Source: Octopus sinensis (Eukaryota). From it: a stretch of 64,000 bases of DNA. Where the stretch lies: assembly GCF_006345805.1 (NCBI RefSeq), contig NC_043016.1:27404001-27468000 (forward strand), in the 5' to 3' direction. The notes under the pieces are model-generated. The model made no database searches and was not told the DNA's origin. It was given only the letters and a program-made list of their open reading frames with translations. A program made the position numbers and the translations under genes. Shown here piece after piece: positions 52,154 to 64,000 of this stretch. Position 1 is the first letter of the stretch; each line of letters begins with the position of its first letter.

Positions 52154-52959
52154 TGATGATGGGCTTTCACACAGATTCTATCTACTAAATTACTCTGAAG
52201 ACATTAGTCAGCCTGGAATTATAATTGAAGGTGCCATGCTGTAGGACTTGAACCCCAAACCACCTGGTTACAAAGCATGTTTAACCATACAGCCTTCCCT
52301 GACTTTTCTTTTTCTTTTTTTTTTTTTATTTTTGTCCCTCACTTGTTTTTCCTGTTCCTAATCTCTTTTTCATTCCCTCTTCCTCCATGTGAAGGTATTG
52401 AGGAGGAAAAGAGAGGTAGTTTTACACTACAATAGAGTGGATTAGAATATGGAAGAGGGGCCAGGATAGCAGATTTCTTGTTGTAGAGGAGTTAAATGGC
52501 TACTTATATTTTGAAAGATTGGGTAGGGTTAGGGATAGGATCTGATAGGTCTAAAGACTGCATTATACTCTTGTGTCTTCTATGGCTAGACACCCTTTTC
52601 TAATGCCAACCACTTTACAGCACTCAACATGTACTGAGTGCTTTTTTCATACTACAAGTATTTGTTAAGTTACTATGCAGCATGCTGAGTGGTTAATGTA
52701 TGAAAGAAGGTACCAGTGTGGAATAGGTTTCTTGCTGTAGATGAGCTACATGGCTATTCATATAGTGCTGTTCTGCTCTCATTTTATTACAGCAGCAGAA
52801 TATTACTGTTAGACAAGTTAGATGGGATAATTCCTGACTCCCTCCATTACTTGCTTAACTACAGTTTTCAACCAGTTTTCCATTAATTGCTTAACTACAG
52901 TTTTCAGTTGCTGTAATTAAATACGAGCACAACTACACATATCAAAATCTTTAGAAGGA

Positions 52960-54035
52960 TTAGAAGAATGGCAATAGCAGAAATATACCAGGTAGCTAGA
53001 AGAGAAGCTAGGTGATTGGTCTATTTAGCAAGGGTAGAGGCAGAAAGGAAGAGGTTTGTCAATGTTCTACAGCATGAGAACCAGAAGTATGGATTGCAAG
53101 ACAGTGTGTCAGAGAAAATCATGATATTATATGAAAGAAGTGTGTAAGGATGGATGATAGTACACTTAGACTGTGATTCTGAAAAGAACATGGAGAATGC
53201 ATGGGAAGAGAGTTTTCCTAATGTGAACCTGACAACAGTATGATAGATGAAGTAATTGAGGAAATGAAGACAGAAGGCCCCTGATCTAGCTATCTACTAC
53301 CATCTAAGGATTTTCCTTGGCATTTGAGAAAATCTATTTCCCACGTATTCTTAGTGTTAATTGCTTCTGTGCATCTGTCTCAAAATCTACTTTCCCTGTT
53401 AACTTCCCTGTCATTCCACTGCACCTATTGTGTGTCCATAGCATGCCCTGGGTACATTGTATGGGACTTCTTCCAATACCTTTTCTACATACAGACTAGA
53501 GCCATTTTCCTGAAACAATTTGCGATTTGTCTATTTTCCTGCTTACTAAGATTCGGTCTTTGCTAAATTCACTTCAAGGGCTTCTGGTTCTAGATTTCCA
53601 AACCTGGAATTTTATTTCATATTCTACTACAGATTCATGAGGAGCTCCTGCAGTGAACCAGTTTAAAACTGGAGAACTATGATAAACAGGAGGAAATTGA
53701 GAACCAAGTCCTGATGAACTCCTCTACCTGCACACTAAAGATGTTGTAATTATTGCCAACTTTCATCTTACTGTCAGCATCCCTGTACATGGCTCTGACA
53801 GTTATCACCAGCCATTCATCTTTCCCTAGCTTCTGCAGTTACCTTATTAGAAAGAGAACATCATTGGTGCTTTTCCATGACACAAAATAAGACTGCATCT
53901 ATGTTAACTCTTTTTGTAATTAGTTGAGCTATGACCCTTTCTGTAACTGTAATTTTCATGACCTGGCCCTCAGTTTCATACATCTGTAATTACTTCTGTG
54001 AGGCATCCTTTATCCTTGTAACAATTGGCTATCTA
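52960..54035. mobile_element. Old RTE LINE fragment with internal inversion
   Basis: 52960-53285 is + (up to MKT.K.P). 53285-54035 is the downstream RT segment on -. Confidence 0.75.
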
Positions 54036-54057
54036 TGTATAATAAATATATGTGTAT

Positions 54058-54359
54058 AAAAAGCACCATCCGTTCGTGGCCGTTGCCAGCCTCGCCTGGC
54101 CCCCGTACCGGTGGCACATAAGAAGCACCATCCGATCGTGGCCGTTTGCCAGACTCGTCTGGCACCTGTGCTGGTGGCACGTAAAAAGCACCCACTACAC
54201 TCATGGAGTGGTTGGCGTTAGGAAGGGCATCCAGCCGTAGAAACATTGCCAGATCAAACTGGGCCTGGTGCAGCCTTCTGGCTTCCCAGACCCCAGTTGA
54301 ACCGTCCAACCCATGCTAGCATGGAAAGCGGACGCTAAACGATGATGATGATGATGATG
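54058..54359 (+). mobile_element. Young RTE LINE 3' end with (GAT)n tail
   Basis: Nearly the reverse complement of 39578-39870. Similar pieces lie at 28872-29053 and 55810-56002. Confidence 0.9.
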
Positions 54360-54516
54360 TATATGTTGGCATACATATATATATTCATACTGCATACATA
54401 CACATTGTCTTCACTCCATTCATACTACATACATATAAAACTCCTTTACCCCAAATCTCTAAACTCCATGATTAACCTCTCCGCTTTCATAAATATTCTC
54501 TACTATTATTTTCCAG

Positions 54517-54642
54517 CATTAATATTCGTCTATGATTTTCACCCTGTTGCGGAAACCTTGATGATCAGGCATTTCTCCGCATCTTCCACAGTGAATGGTT
54601 ATACGACAGACACAACGCGAACTTTTACCGGTAGTAAAACTT
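54517..54642 (+). CDS. PAN3: PAN3 exon 11 (SLIFVYDFHPVAETLMIRHFS...FTGSKT)
   Basis: Matches SLVFAYDFH..GETMMSRHF. TTCCAG acceptor, GTAAGT donor, phase 1 to 1. Confidence 0.95.
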
Positions 54643-54914
54643 GTAAGTTAATTTGAATTTGTGTTATGATCACTTTTTTTCTCTCATGTAAGCACATCAA
54701 TACAACAAAGCTACATTTATTATAAACAAGTTTAATAATTTAAAGTATACAACAGATGAACAATGCAATAAATAAATATATAGATTAAAATTAAAATATA
54801 AGATAAAACCATAGAATAATAAAATTGTAGGAAAATATAAACGATAATACATTATAAATTTTTTTAAATAATGAAAACGTAATCATCAAACAGTAGTCAT
54901 AATAATACAGTTGT

Positions 54915-55182
54915 ATATTTAAAAGATGAGGAATTATGTACATTATTTACATTTGATGGATATTTGTCCTCATCTTGTTTGTTGTTAACACAACATTTCG
55001 GCTGATATACCCTCCAGCCTTCATCAGGTGTCTTGGAGAAATTTCGAACCTGGGTTCTCATTCCTAAAGTATTTTTCGATGTTATTATTATTCAGGTCAC
55101 TGCCTGGAATCTTAGGATTAGTAGCCCGTGGTCTTAAACACTACGCCATAAGATGACTAATATACGTCAAATGTAAATAATA
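54915..55182 (-). mobile_element. Penelope pLTR-type fold-back element
   Basis: Inverted ends ATTATTTACATTTGA / TCAAATGTAAATAAT enclose a hammerhead motif. Confidence 0.75.
54987..55032 (-). ncRNA. Minimal type I hammerhead ribozyme motif (Penelope-associated)
   Basis: On - strand: GACAC-CTGATGA-A-GGCTG-loop-CAGCC-GAAA-T-GTT-GTGTT. 5-bp stem I, 5-bp stem II, essentially no stem III. Confidence 0.65.
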
Positions 55183-57240
55183 GTCATAATAGACTGTTAT
55201 TAAAAAAACCTCACAATCAATGTATGAAAAATTATGATTAATTCATTGAAAATACATGAACATTCTTAAGATGCAGACGTGACAAACATGCATTCTAATT
55301 GATACTTGTGACTATTGTTGGTCATAGTAGCCAATACACACTTCAATTTCCTTGGCAACACACATAGATGTGTGTTTTCGTGTTTGTATTTATCCTCCAC
55401 CACTGCTTGACAACCAGTGTTGGTGTGTTCATGCCTCTGTACTAATAAAATAAGTACTGAGCATACAAAAAGTAAGTAGTGAGGTTGATTTGTTCAACTA
55501 AAATTCTTCAAGGCAGTGCCCCAGCATAAGCTGTAGTCTAACAACTGAAGCAAGTAAAAGTTAGACATACACATATTTATGTGTGTATGTATATTTATTT
55601 ATATATAAAAACAAAGTTATTTTATTGCACATGGGTAGAAATATAGAAAAAAGAAGTTGAATATGCACTAGGATTCATTTAGATTCTCTATTTAAAGATT
55701 TTTAAAGCTTCACATCTTTGTATCTCAACTTTTGAAAATCAGAGATACCGGTTAAGTCTTTAAAAATTGAAAAAATTTGAAAAACTAACAAAAAAAAACA
55801 TGATTTTTCCATGACCGTTGCCAGTACTACCTGACTGCCCTTGTGCCAGTGGCACATAAAAGCACTCACTATACTCTCAGAGTGGTTGGCGTTAGGAAGG
55901 GCATCCAGCTGTAGAAATTTTGCTAGATCAAGATTGGAGCCTGGTGTAGCCATCTGGTTTGCCAGTCCTCAGTCAAATCGGACGTTAAATGATGATGATG
56001 ATAAACAAAAATCCTAATGCATTTCAACTTCTTTTATATACATGCACAGACACACAAGACAGGCTTATTTCAGTTTCTTTGTACCAAATCCACTCACAAG
56101 GTTTTGGTGAGCTCTAGACTATAGCAGAAGACACCGAAGGTACCAAGCATTAGGACTGAACGAACCTGAGACCACATGTTTGGGAAATAGGCTTATTAAG
56201 CACACTGCCTTTGTAGATGTATAATACACACATACACTTGCAGTATCAGTGAAATTACACCACCCATTTTGTGGTACACTATCAGCCATAAACATTTCCC
56301 CACTTTCTTCACTTGCTAATACCATCTTTTCATTTCCTTCATAATTCTTTATTAATTATTAGGAAATCCTGTCTTTTCTCTTTGCTAATGTTAGCTCTTC
56401 TATTTATTTTTCTCATTCTTGTTTGTGCAAAATATTCTTAACTATAATCTGTCGTTCATATTTTGTTTCTTTTCTTGATAAAACAATTTTTTTCCCTTAC
56501 TAGCTTCACATTCATTGTTCATCGTATGACACCTTGCTCAATTTCTTGCGTTAATTTCATTCCTTTCCTACTAAGATAATGCTTCTTGTTATTTCTGATT
56601 CTCCTCCCTTTAATCCTAATTCATATTTCTCCTCTGTTCTTTTTTCAATTATTCCCTCTGTGTGTGTGTGTGCATGTGCTAGTTTTCGATTGAGTCTCTC
56701 TATCACATGTACCTTGTTTGGCTTATAGCTTAACAGATTTTTTACACTACAGAAATCTACCATTATTACTGTAACTCTCTAGCATTCAGATTATTCTGTT
56801 AAATGTGATGCTTATTTGTTCACGTTTTTTTGTTTTAATTATGACTTACCTTGTAGCTTCAAGATTTTGATGATATGGTAGTTTGTTTCCAGAATTATGT
56901 TTAATGTAGGTGTGAAGGACCAGATCTGACGTTTTTGAACATAAGGTAGAATATTTTGGCCAGATTAAATTCTAAAGGGTTAATATAATAGATCATTTGA
57001 ATTTTTTCCTTCTGTCTCTTCATCTCTATCACATGCACTTTACTTATCCTAGAGTATAATAGATTTCTACATAATGGGAGTCTTATTAGTACTTTGATAT
57101 AATAAATCATATCAATCTCACTCTCTCTCTCTCTCACAGACACACACCTACACTTTTCCCATATTTTTTTTCACAGCTTGACATTTTTGGAAAATAGTTT
57201 GTATTAAAATACTAACTCAATTGATATTTTTATATTGCAG

Positions 57241-57403
57241 CTGGTGTCTCTAATGGTCCACGACAGCATGCTGGTTTACTCCCGGAAAGCCTTATATGGG
57301 CTTACATTGTGCAGTTAAGTTCTGCGTTGCGGGCAATCCATACTGCAGGTTTGGCTTGTGGTGTAATGGATCCCACAAAAATTTTGATATCAAGTAAATC
57401 AAG
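57241..57403 (+). CDS. PAN3: PAN3 exon 12 (GPRQHAGLLPESLIWAYIVQLSSALRAIHTAGLACGVMDPTKILISSKS)
   Basis: Near-identical to the vertebrate PAN3 pseudokinase segment. TTGCAG acceptor, AG|GTTAGT donor, phase 1 to 2. Confidence 0.97.
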
Positions 57404-57806
57404 GTTAGTTTTGTAGATATATAATCTTATATTTGAGTTCATATATATATATTCTTTTAATTGTTTCAGTAATTTGACTGCGGCCTTGGTGGAGCACCGC
57501 CTTGAAGGGTTTTAGTCAAACAAATTGACCACAGGACTTTTTTTAAAGTCTACTACTTATTCTATGGGTCTCTTTTGCTGAACTGCTATGTAACACGAAT
57601 GTAAACATGCCAACACCAGTTGTCAAGTGATGGGTTTGAGGTGGGAACAAATACACATAGATACACACATATACACTTACATACATATTCACATATATAC
57701 ATGTATATGATGGGCTTCTTTCAGTTTCCATTTAACAAATTCACTCAAGGCTTTGGTTGACCAGAGTCTATAGTAGAAGACACTTGCCAAAGGTGTCATG
57801 CCTGTA

Positions 57807-57839
<33 letters not shown>

Positions 57840-58341
57840 ATAATTCTACCAAGTAGTGTTCAGCATGTTAAAAGGACCATTTATGGTGAACTTAAACATT
57901 AGCTGGCGGAAACTTTGAAGTTACTCTCAATATTATTCTTGTTAAAAAACGATAAAGTTGTTTTCTACAAAAAGTATTAAGTAATCCTTCAGTTTAATAT
58001 AAGACTGTTTTTATTGGGAAATTAAACACATATAAATAATACCAAAAGTTTTTTTTCCCCAGTCTTTGAGGTATATTAGAGTTGCAGGCATGGGTATGTA
58101 GCAAAGAAGCTTGTTTCTCAATCACATGGTCTTGGGTTTAGTCCTGCTGTGCATTGTTCATCATTTCCAATCTTCTGTGGAAATATTCCTAGTCATGTTG
58201 AAACATTACCTCACTTGGGAATAGTTGAATGTTGGTGACAGGAAAGGCATACAGTCATAAGAAAATCTACGTAAACAAATTCTGTCTAGCCCATGCAAGT
58301 ATGGAAAAGTGGACATTAAAATGTGTTGTTTATATTTTCAG

Positions 58342-58429
58342 ATTACGAATCAACTGCATTGGTATTTTTGATGTGTTAACATTCGATAGTAACCAGGGGA
58401 ATTATGTCAGTCTCGTCCCTCATTATCAA
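58342..58429 (+). CDS. PAN3: PAN3 exon 13 (RLRINCIGIFDVLTFDSNQGNYVSLVPHYQ); gene continues beyond the window
   Basis: Matches RLRVNCVGVFDVLTFD. TTTCAG acceptor, CAA|GTAAGT donor, phase 2 to 0. The next expected exon (Q.DL.SLG...) was not found before 64000. Confidence 0.96.
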
Positions 58430-59991
58430 GTAAGTATATATTTATCATTTTGCCTTCGAGCTTGGAGAAAGAGCCAAGCTGGTGACTTCTTTTGCAGGAC
58501 GTTTTTTAAAAGTAGCCAAGTGGTACTTTTGTTGGAGCATAAATTCAGATAGTTACAGACATGTCTGTGGGATTAAGAAGCTTGTTTGGTTCAGTACCTT
58601 CTACAATAGTCCCTGGCTGAGTAAACTCTGTGAGCAGATTTGGTAGATAGAAACTCAAAGAAACCAGTTGTGCTTATGTGTGTGTTTGTTTGTATGTATA
58701 TATGCATGCATGCGTGCATGTTATTTTGGTGTTAACCAACTGATAAATCTTTGACCAAGATTTTAATTTGAATATAGAAAGTCTGAGGCTGTATCATAGT
58801 TAAGAGTTCAACAATTTCTTTTATAAATATGAAAGACATTTTGAAACTTTTATCCATATGTTTAATATTTTACTCAAAGCTAAAATCCTATTTATTATTT
58901 GTATTTAAACTGCAATTTAGAAATCTCAAAGGTGGTCCTTAGAACTGAATGAACTGATTTGGCTTTTGTTTTTTTATTCCCTTTGTCACTAGACCTATAA
59001 ATATAAATTTTAGATGGAAATGTTTATATCTCGTATAAATACTAAGAATTTCATGCAGAGGAGCATTAGGTATAGGTTAATGGATGGTTTGAAATTTAAA
59101 CTATTTTTATTATCCAGACTTGTTATATTATGATACGTCTTACATGAAATTATGAAAAGTTTTCTACTTAATATTTCTGGCTTCTTTTCTGATGATTTCT
59201 GTTTAGTTTTACTTTATTTTTACTTTATACTTGTAGACCCTAAAACTGTGCCACTTTACATTGTTGTGGTAAGAAGTTTACTTCCCAACCACATGAGTTC
59301 AGTCCCTCTGCATGGCATCTTGGGAAGTGTCTTCTACTATATCTCTGGGCTGGCCAAAGCCTTGAGTGGATATGGTAGATGGTAACTGAATGAAGCACCT
59401 TGTATGTATATGCATGTATGTAAGTGTGTATGTATGTATTTAAATTTGGGGTTTGACAAAAGACACCAATAGAATTAGTACCAGTTTTAAAAAAGATGAA
59501 GTTCTAGGGTTGGTTTGTTTTAAATAAATTCTTCAAGACGATGTCCCAATATGGCTACAGTCTAATGACTGGAACATGTAAAAGACTAAAAAGTTATATT
59601 AAATTTTTAAAATGTTAATTTTTTCTTTTTTATTAATAATTATGTCATTGTGACCTATTTATTTAAATATCTCACTTTTAATTTGGTTCTTAAAAATTCT
59701 GGTCTCTTCATTCACTTGCACCCCGTTGCATGACCACATTTCAAATACTAAGCGTTAGGTACCCTCAAAGCAAGCTTTTTCTCTCCATTCTTTTTTTTAA
59801 CTGGAGATGATCCTCAACTACATGCATGGATATCTTGTTTAGGTGTTCACTTCCCAGCTATGTGAGTTTCGGTTAAGCTCCCGTATGCTGTACCTTGGAC
59901 AAACGTCTTCTACTGTAGTTGTTCTGGGCTGAGCAAAGCTTTGTGAGTGAATTTAGTAAACGGAAACTGAAAAAAGAAAACCAGCACATAC

Positions 59992-60026
<35 letters not shown>

Positions 60027-60229
60027 TATTTATATATAGTTTGTGTATAATTGCTCCTTGTCTTGACTTCAAGTGATAGTTGATAACGTGTTGGTGATGA
60101 TAATGAGAGTGATGCCGACAGTGAGGACAACGATAAAAGTGCTGGTAGAGGTGGTAAAGAGGATGGCCAAGTAATAATCTCATGACGAGGTTTATACCCC
60201 TTGGATGATGAATCGTGAGAAACGAAAGC

Positions 60230-62200
60230 CTAAGAATAAAAAGGCATATATAGGTCAGCTCGACCTATATTTGAAAAGAAAATGAAATTGTAAGAACGAT
60301 GAAATTATTTACACCATTAAAGCACATACTGTATTTGCTAATGAATAAGGCACACTTTTCTTACTTTTAAAATTTTCCTAGCGTCTAATGCAGTCATATT
60401 AAGAATGGGAAACAATCTTATAGTTGCGGCAACTGACATAAGTCCTCTCAGTACAAACTTATGAAAATTTGCTTACAATATGTAAGTAGTTATGAGGAAA
60501 GATAAACATCATCTCATTATACCTCCTTCTTCATCATAACCTACTGATATATGTCTTACATTATTTAGTGATTGTGTTACCTCTAGGAAACATTTTTTAA
60601 TTATATAAATGAAAACTCTTCTTAGAGTGTGAATTTGGTTGATGGGAACTGGAAGAAATTTGTAAAAATGCCATTTTTTGCTAGTAGCAAAAAATGCCAT
60701 TCAGCAGACAGACCATGATTATAATGGCTACAGAGGTTGGCAAAATTTTTGAAATTTTCATATTGGCTTGCAGCCTCATCATTGAAGTATATAACTTTGG
60801 TTAGATCTTCAAACTTTGATTTTATAGCAGTCAGGACTTGATTAGTAAAAGCTTGAACTGCCACAGTGTCATTGTTGAGGCAATCAGACATGACACACTT
60901 ATTTACACATTTGAGATGAGAGGTTGAGGAGTCTTTGACATAAAATAAAAAGGGATGCACTTTAGCTTGGGAATTATCCCAATGATGCCCCTGCACAGCA
61001 TCCTGTATGATAAAGCTATAATTTTCTCCAAAATCAAGTAACATGATGGCTTCATTATAGCGAAGCTTTTCTTTAAATGCATTCAAAGCCACAGATTTCG
61101 CTTTTGCAATAAAGTGGTGCTGTGTAAGCTTACAGAATGATTCACACTGATATCAATGAAATCTGCTGCAGTAGCTTCAAGTTATGCAAGTGTTTTTCTA
61201 TCGGTGTGCACCCATTGTTTATATTTAATCATGTCACCTTCATAAAACTCTTGACTACCCAACTGACTATTGAGTTACTCTTGTAATGCCCCTTTCCCAG
61301 GACACTGTTCACAGGCATGCAACTAGCAGTCTCTACTTTGTACATTACAGACAAGTTTAGACAGCACTTCATGGTAAATGACATCAACTGGTAATGCAGC
61401 AGCTAACAATTTTGCATTTTGGTGGTACTAACAAACATGCACTGTATGTGAACCTTTAGGACCCACAGCTACACACCACTTAGGTTGTAACTTACAGAAT
61501 TTAGAAAATCCTATTTTGTCATTGTAACTGGTTTTGAAAGCTACATACAATTCATTTAAGTTTGTTAGCAACAACCTTTTCAGTTTGTGAATCTTTCTTT
61601 CATCTGTTCTAACAGTCACATAATCTTTCTTACTGGGACTTACCCTAGAAAATTCATCAAGTTCAAAAAATTGCTGGTATCTTGTGGCAGAGCATGGCCT
61701 AGCTTTCTTTCTGGCTCAGCCAAGATTCCATCTTCTCTCTTTAAAGATCTGGCTCATCTTACCAAATATTCACTCACTCACTCCAAATGTTTCTTGAGTT
61801 TTCTGTTCGCTCCAGCTATCTGGCAGTAGGGTTAACATTTGAATTTTCCCTTTCCTTGATGACACTTTGCATTTCTCACAATTTCCTGTATCTATGTCAA
61901 CATTCATGTCTGAAGGTGCATCTATCTAGACTTAATTTTCCCTGTGTAGCTGCTTTCATTTTCTTTATCTTGCTTCGGATGTAGGATGCCTGGTCCCTTA
62001 GGTCTCACATACTTGGTAGGTGAGCAGCCTAACATAATTACTGTGGCATTCAAATTCTCTCAAAGTATTTCTGAAGGTTGTAAATCATCCACGTCATTGG
62101 TAGTGCTTGGCCCAGCTTCTTCGTCAGTTTTGTAACGGGAGATTTTAATTAGTGTAGTTACCAATTGTAACGGGTAAGATTGATTAGGTATGCAATAATA
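60230..62200 (-). mobile_element. Sola2-like DNA transposon relic
   Basis: Motifs LN.T...LGCSP.K, KIQMLTLLPDSWS, IGFSKFCKLQPKWCV, DFGENYSF..QDAVQGHHW, SD.L.ND, ASQY.N and AEWHFFATS. Many stops; ends approximate; superfamily assigned from recalled motifs. Confidence 0.7.
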
Positions 62201-64000
62201 TGTAATGTTGGAGTCAGCAGTTGTAACAATAAAAATTTGTTGTTATAACAGCAAGTTGTAAGATGTGAAAGATGGACAATGCTTGAAGCTTTTAGAAAAT
62301 ATTTATTTAACTCTTACATTGAATATATTACCTTGCCTCGACGGGCAGGTGATAAAAATCATAAAGCATGCAAAGTAAAGATAGATATAGATTTTCCTTG
62401 CATAGTTTGTTTGTGTTCTTGTCATCGTTTAGTGGTAATTACAGAGAGAGATAGAATGATGTTGTAAGAGAGCAGAATTAGCGCTAGTGAGAGTGTGGGA
62501 TGTCTTTCTTTTTCCCTCGGGCCATTTTGTCTGCCTGCTTCCATAATTCTAGTGGTCAGTTCACTAACTGATGTTAGCACTCTCTCAACTCACGAGTTGT
62601 CACCAAAGTAACTAACTGTCTTTTGTTTACTGGTTCTTGTTTTTATAACTATCGATAAGGATAGACATATCATTGAGAACAATGGGCTTCGTTGGTGGTA
62701 CTGTGATATCTCTATTCTAGCGTTTGGTGAAGTAGAAGAGGTTATAAGGGTCAAGTGATGAAGACATTATTTCAGCCTAGCTAAAGGCAATCTGGCAAAT
62801 GTAAAACTGCTGTCAGAGAAAAACCAGTGTTCCACCATGAGAAAAGCTCTGTTGAACTGTTAATTTAAATTTGGCTATGGTGGATCAAATCCACTTCATG
62901 CTTGAAAGATTCATTACAGTTTGGTAATTAGCCTGTGTATAATCCCCAACTCTTGTAAGGTCCCTCCAGCAACTTCAGCATAGTTTCTGTCCTGGCATCA
63001 ACCCCAGATTCTTGGCATTGTCTTCACTTACATTGTGGAGAGATCCTGAAAACACATTGTAATATATTATAAAATGTCAAATAAATGCAATAATGCATTA
63101 CAGTACAAATAAATGTTATAGTTTTTTTTAAATTGCATAACACATCACAACTTTGAAACATTGTAAGTCCTCTGGAAAATATCATTAATTTAAAAAGAAA
63201 TAATTTTTGCAGCATAACAAGATATGGACATTGAAAGATTAATGGCAGTTTATCTGTAGTTATGAACTTAGAATTTGTGCAGGATTTAGAACTTGCACGG
63301 TGTACCCATGTCCTAATAATTTGCAATATAAAAGATAAGACGTCACCAGGGCCTACTACCACCCTTACCTTCACCATCTTTATTTAGTACCTCATTAGTT
63401 TCAACCATTAACAAGAGTATAAAAAGATCATGCCTGTGATAAACTTATTAAAGGTTAATATAATTCTGACAAACAGATAGTACTGTATCTATCTTCTTCA
63501 GGTAATGGAGTAACACTATCTTAGGTCAATATTAATATCTTTCAAATTCTCTCATATATGTTTCGCAAATGAATAATTATACTATTATAACACTATTGAA
63601 ATACAATTATAGTATTATACTATTAACATACTATTATACTTATGTGATATCTTCTTTTTGTGAATGCTTTGGGATCTGCACATCACAGGCTTCCATAATG
63701 TGAAAGGAAAATTTTCTCATGATGAAAGCAAACATTGTCATCTTCATGCAGTGAATTAAAGCCATTTCATTGTCAGATAAAGAACTGCATTTCAAAAATC
63801 CCTGTTTTCTTGAATAATTTACTTCCAAGATTACACTGAGATATAGAACTGGACACCATCATGGCAAGATGAGTACCTGAACATTTAATATAATGCATTA
63901 AAAATTCATTACTCTGAAAGGAAGCTCAGCAACAAAACCAGATTTCTGTCACATCATCTTCAGAAGTATAAGAATCTATGGTAAAAATTTTAAAATGCTA

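Noticed and set aside
58430-64000. Further PAN3 exons (C-terminal pseudokinase, coiled coil, knob)
   Set aside because: No matching peptide with splice sites was found by eye; presumably beyond the window.

Overview
This is eukaryotic, AT-rich, repeat-dense DNA with the repeat complement typical of an octopus (coleoid cephalopod) genome: RTE LINEs with (GAT)n tails, tRNA-derived SINEs, Penelope-like elements and (TA)/(TG) microsatellites. The one host gene is a + strand PAN3 (PAN2-PAN3 deadenylase subunit). I trace 13 phase-compatible GT-AG exons from ATG 9644 to 58429 (1830 nt, 610 codons); the 3' end lies beyond the window. The introns are filled with RTE, Penelope, Tc1/mariner, Sola2-like, piggyBac-type MITE and SINE relics. 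The most notable points are: (1) the PAN3 N-terminus shows no CCCH zinc finger and has a degenerate or relocated PAM2 motif; (2) a mirrored ~80-bp tandem array sits directly upstream of the start codon; (3) many Penelope-type fold-back hairpins carry minimal hammerhead-ribozyme motifs, and the intact cores are only antisense to PAN3; (4) an inverted pair of young RTE copies brackets exons 6-7, a 195-nt in-frame, stop-free circRNA candidate, with a competing third copy. All assignments were made by eye from recalled family motifs; no searches were run.
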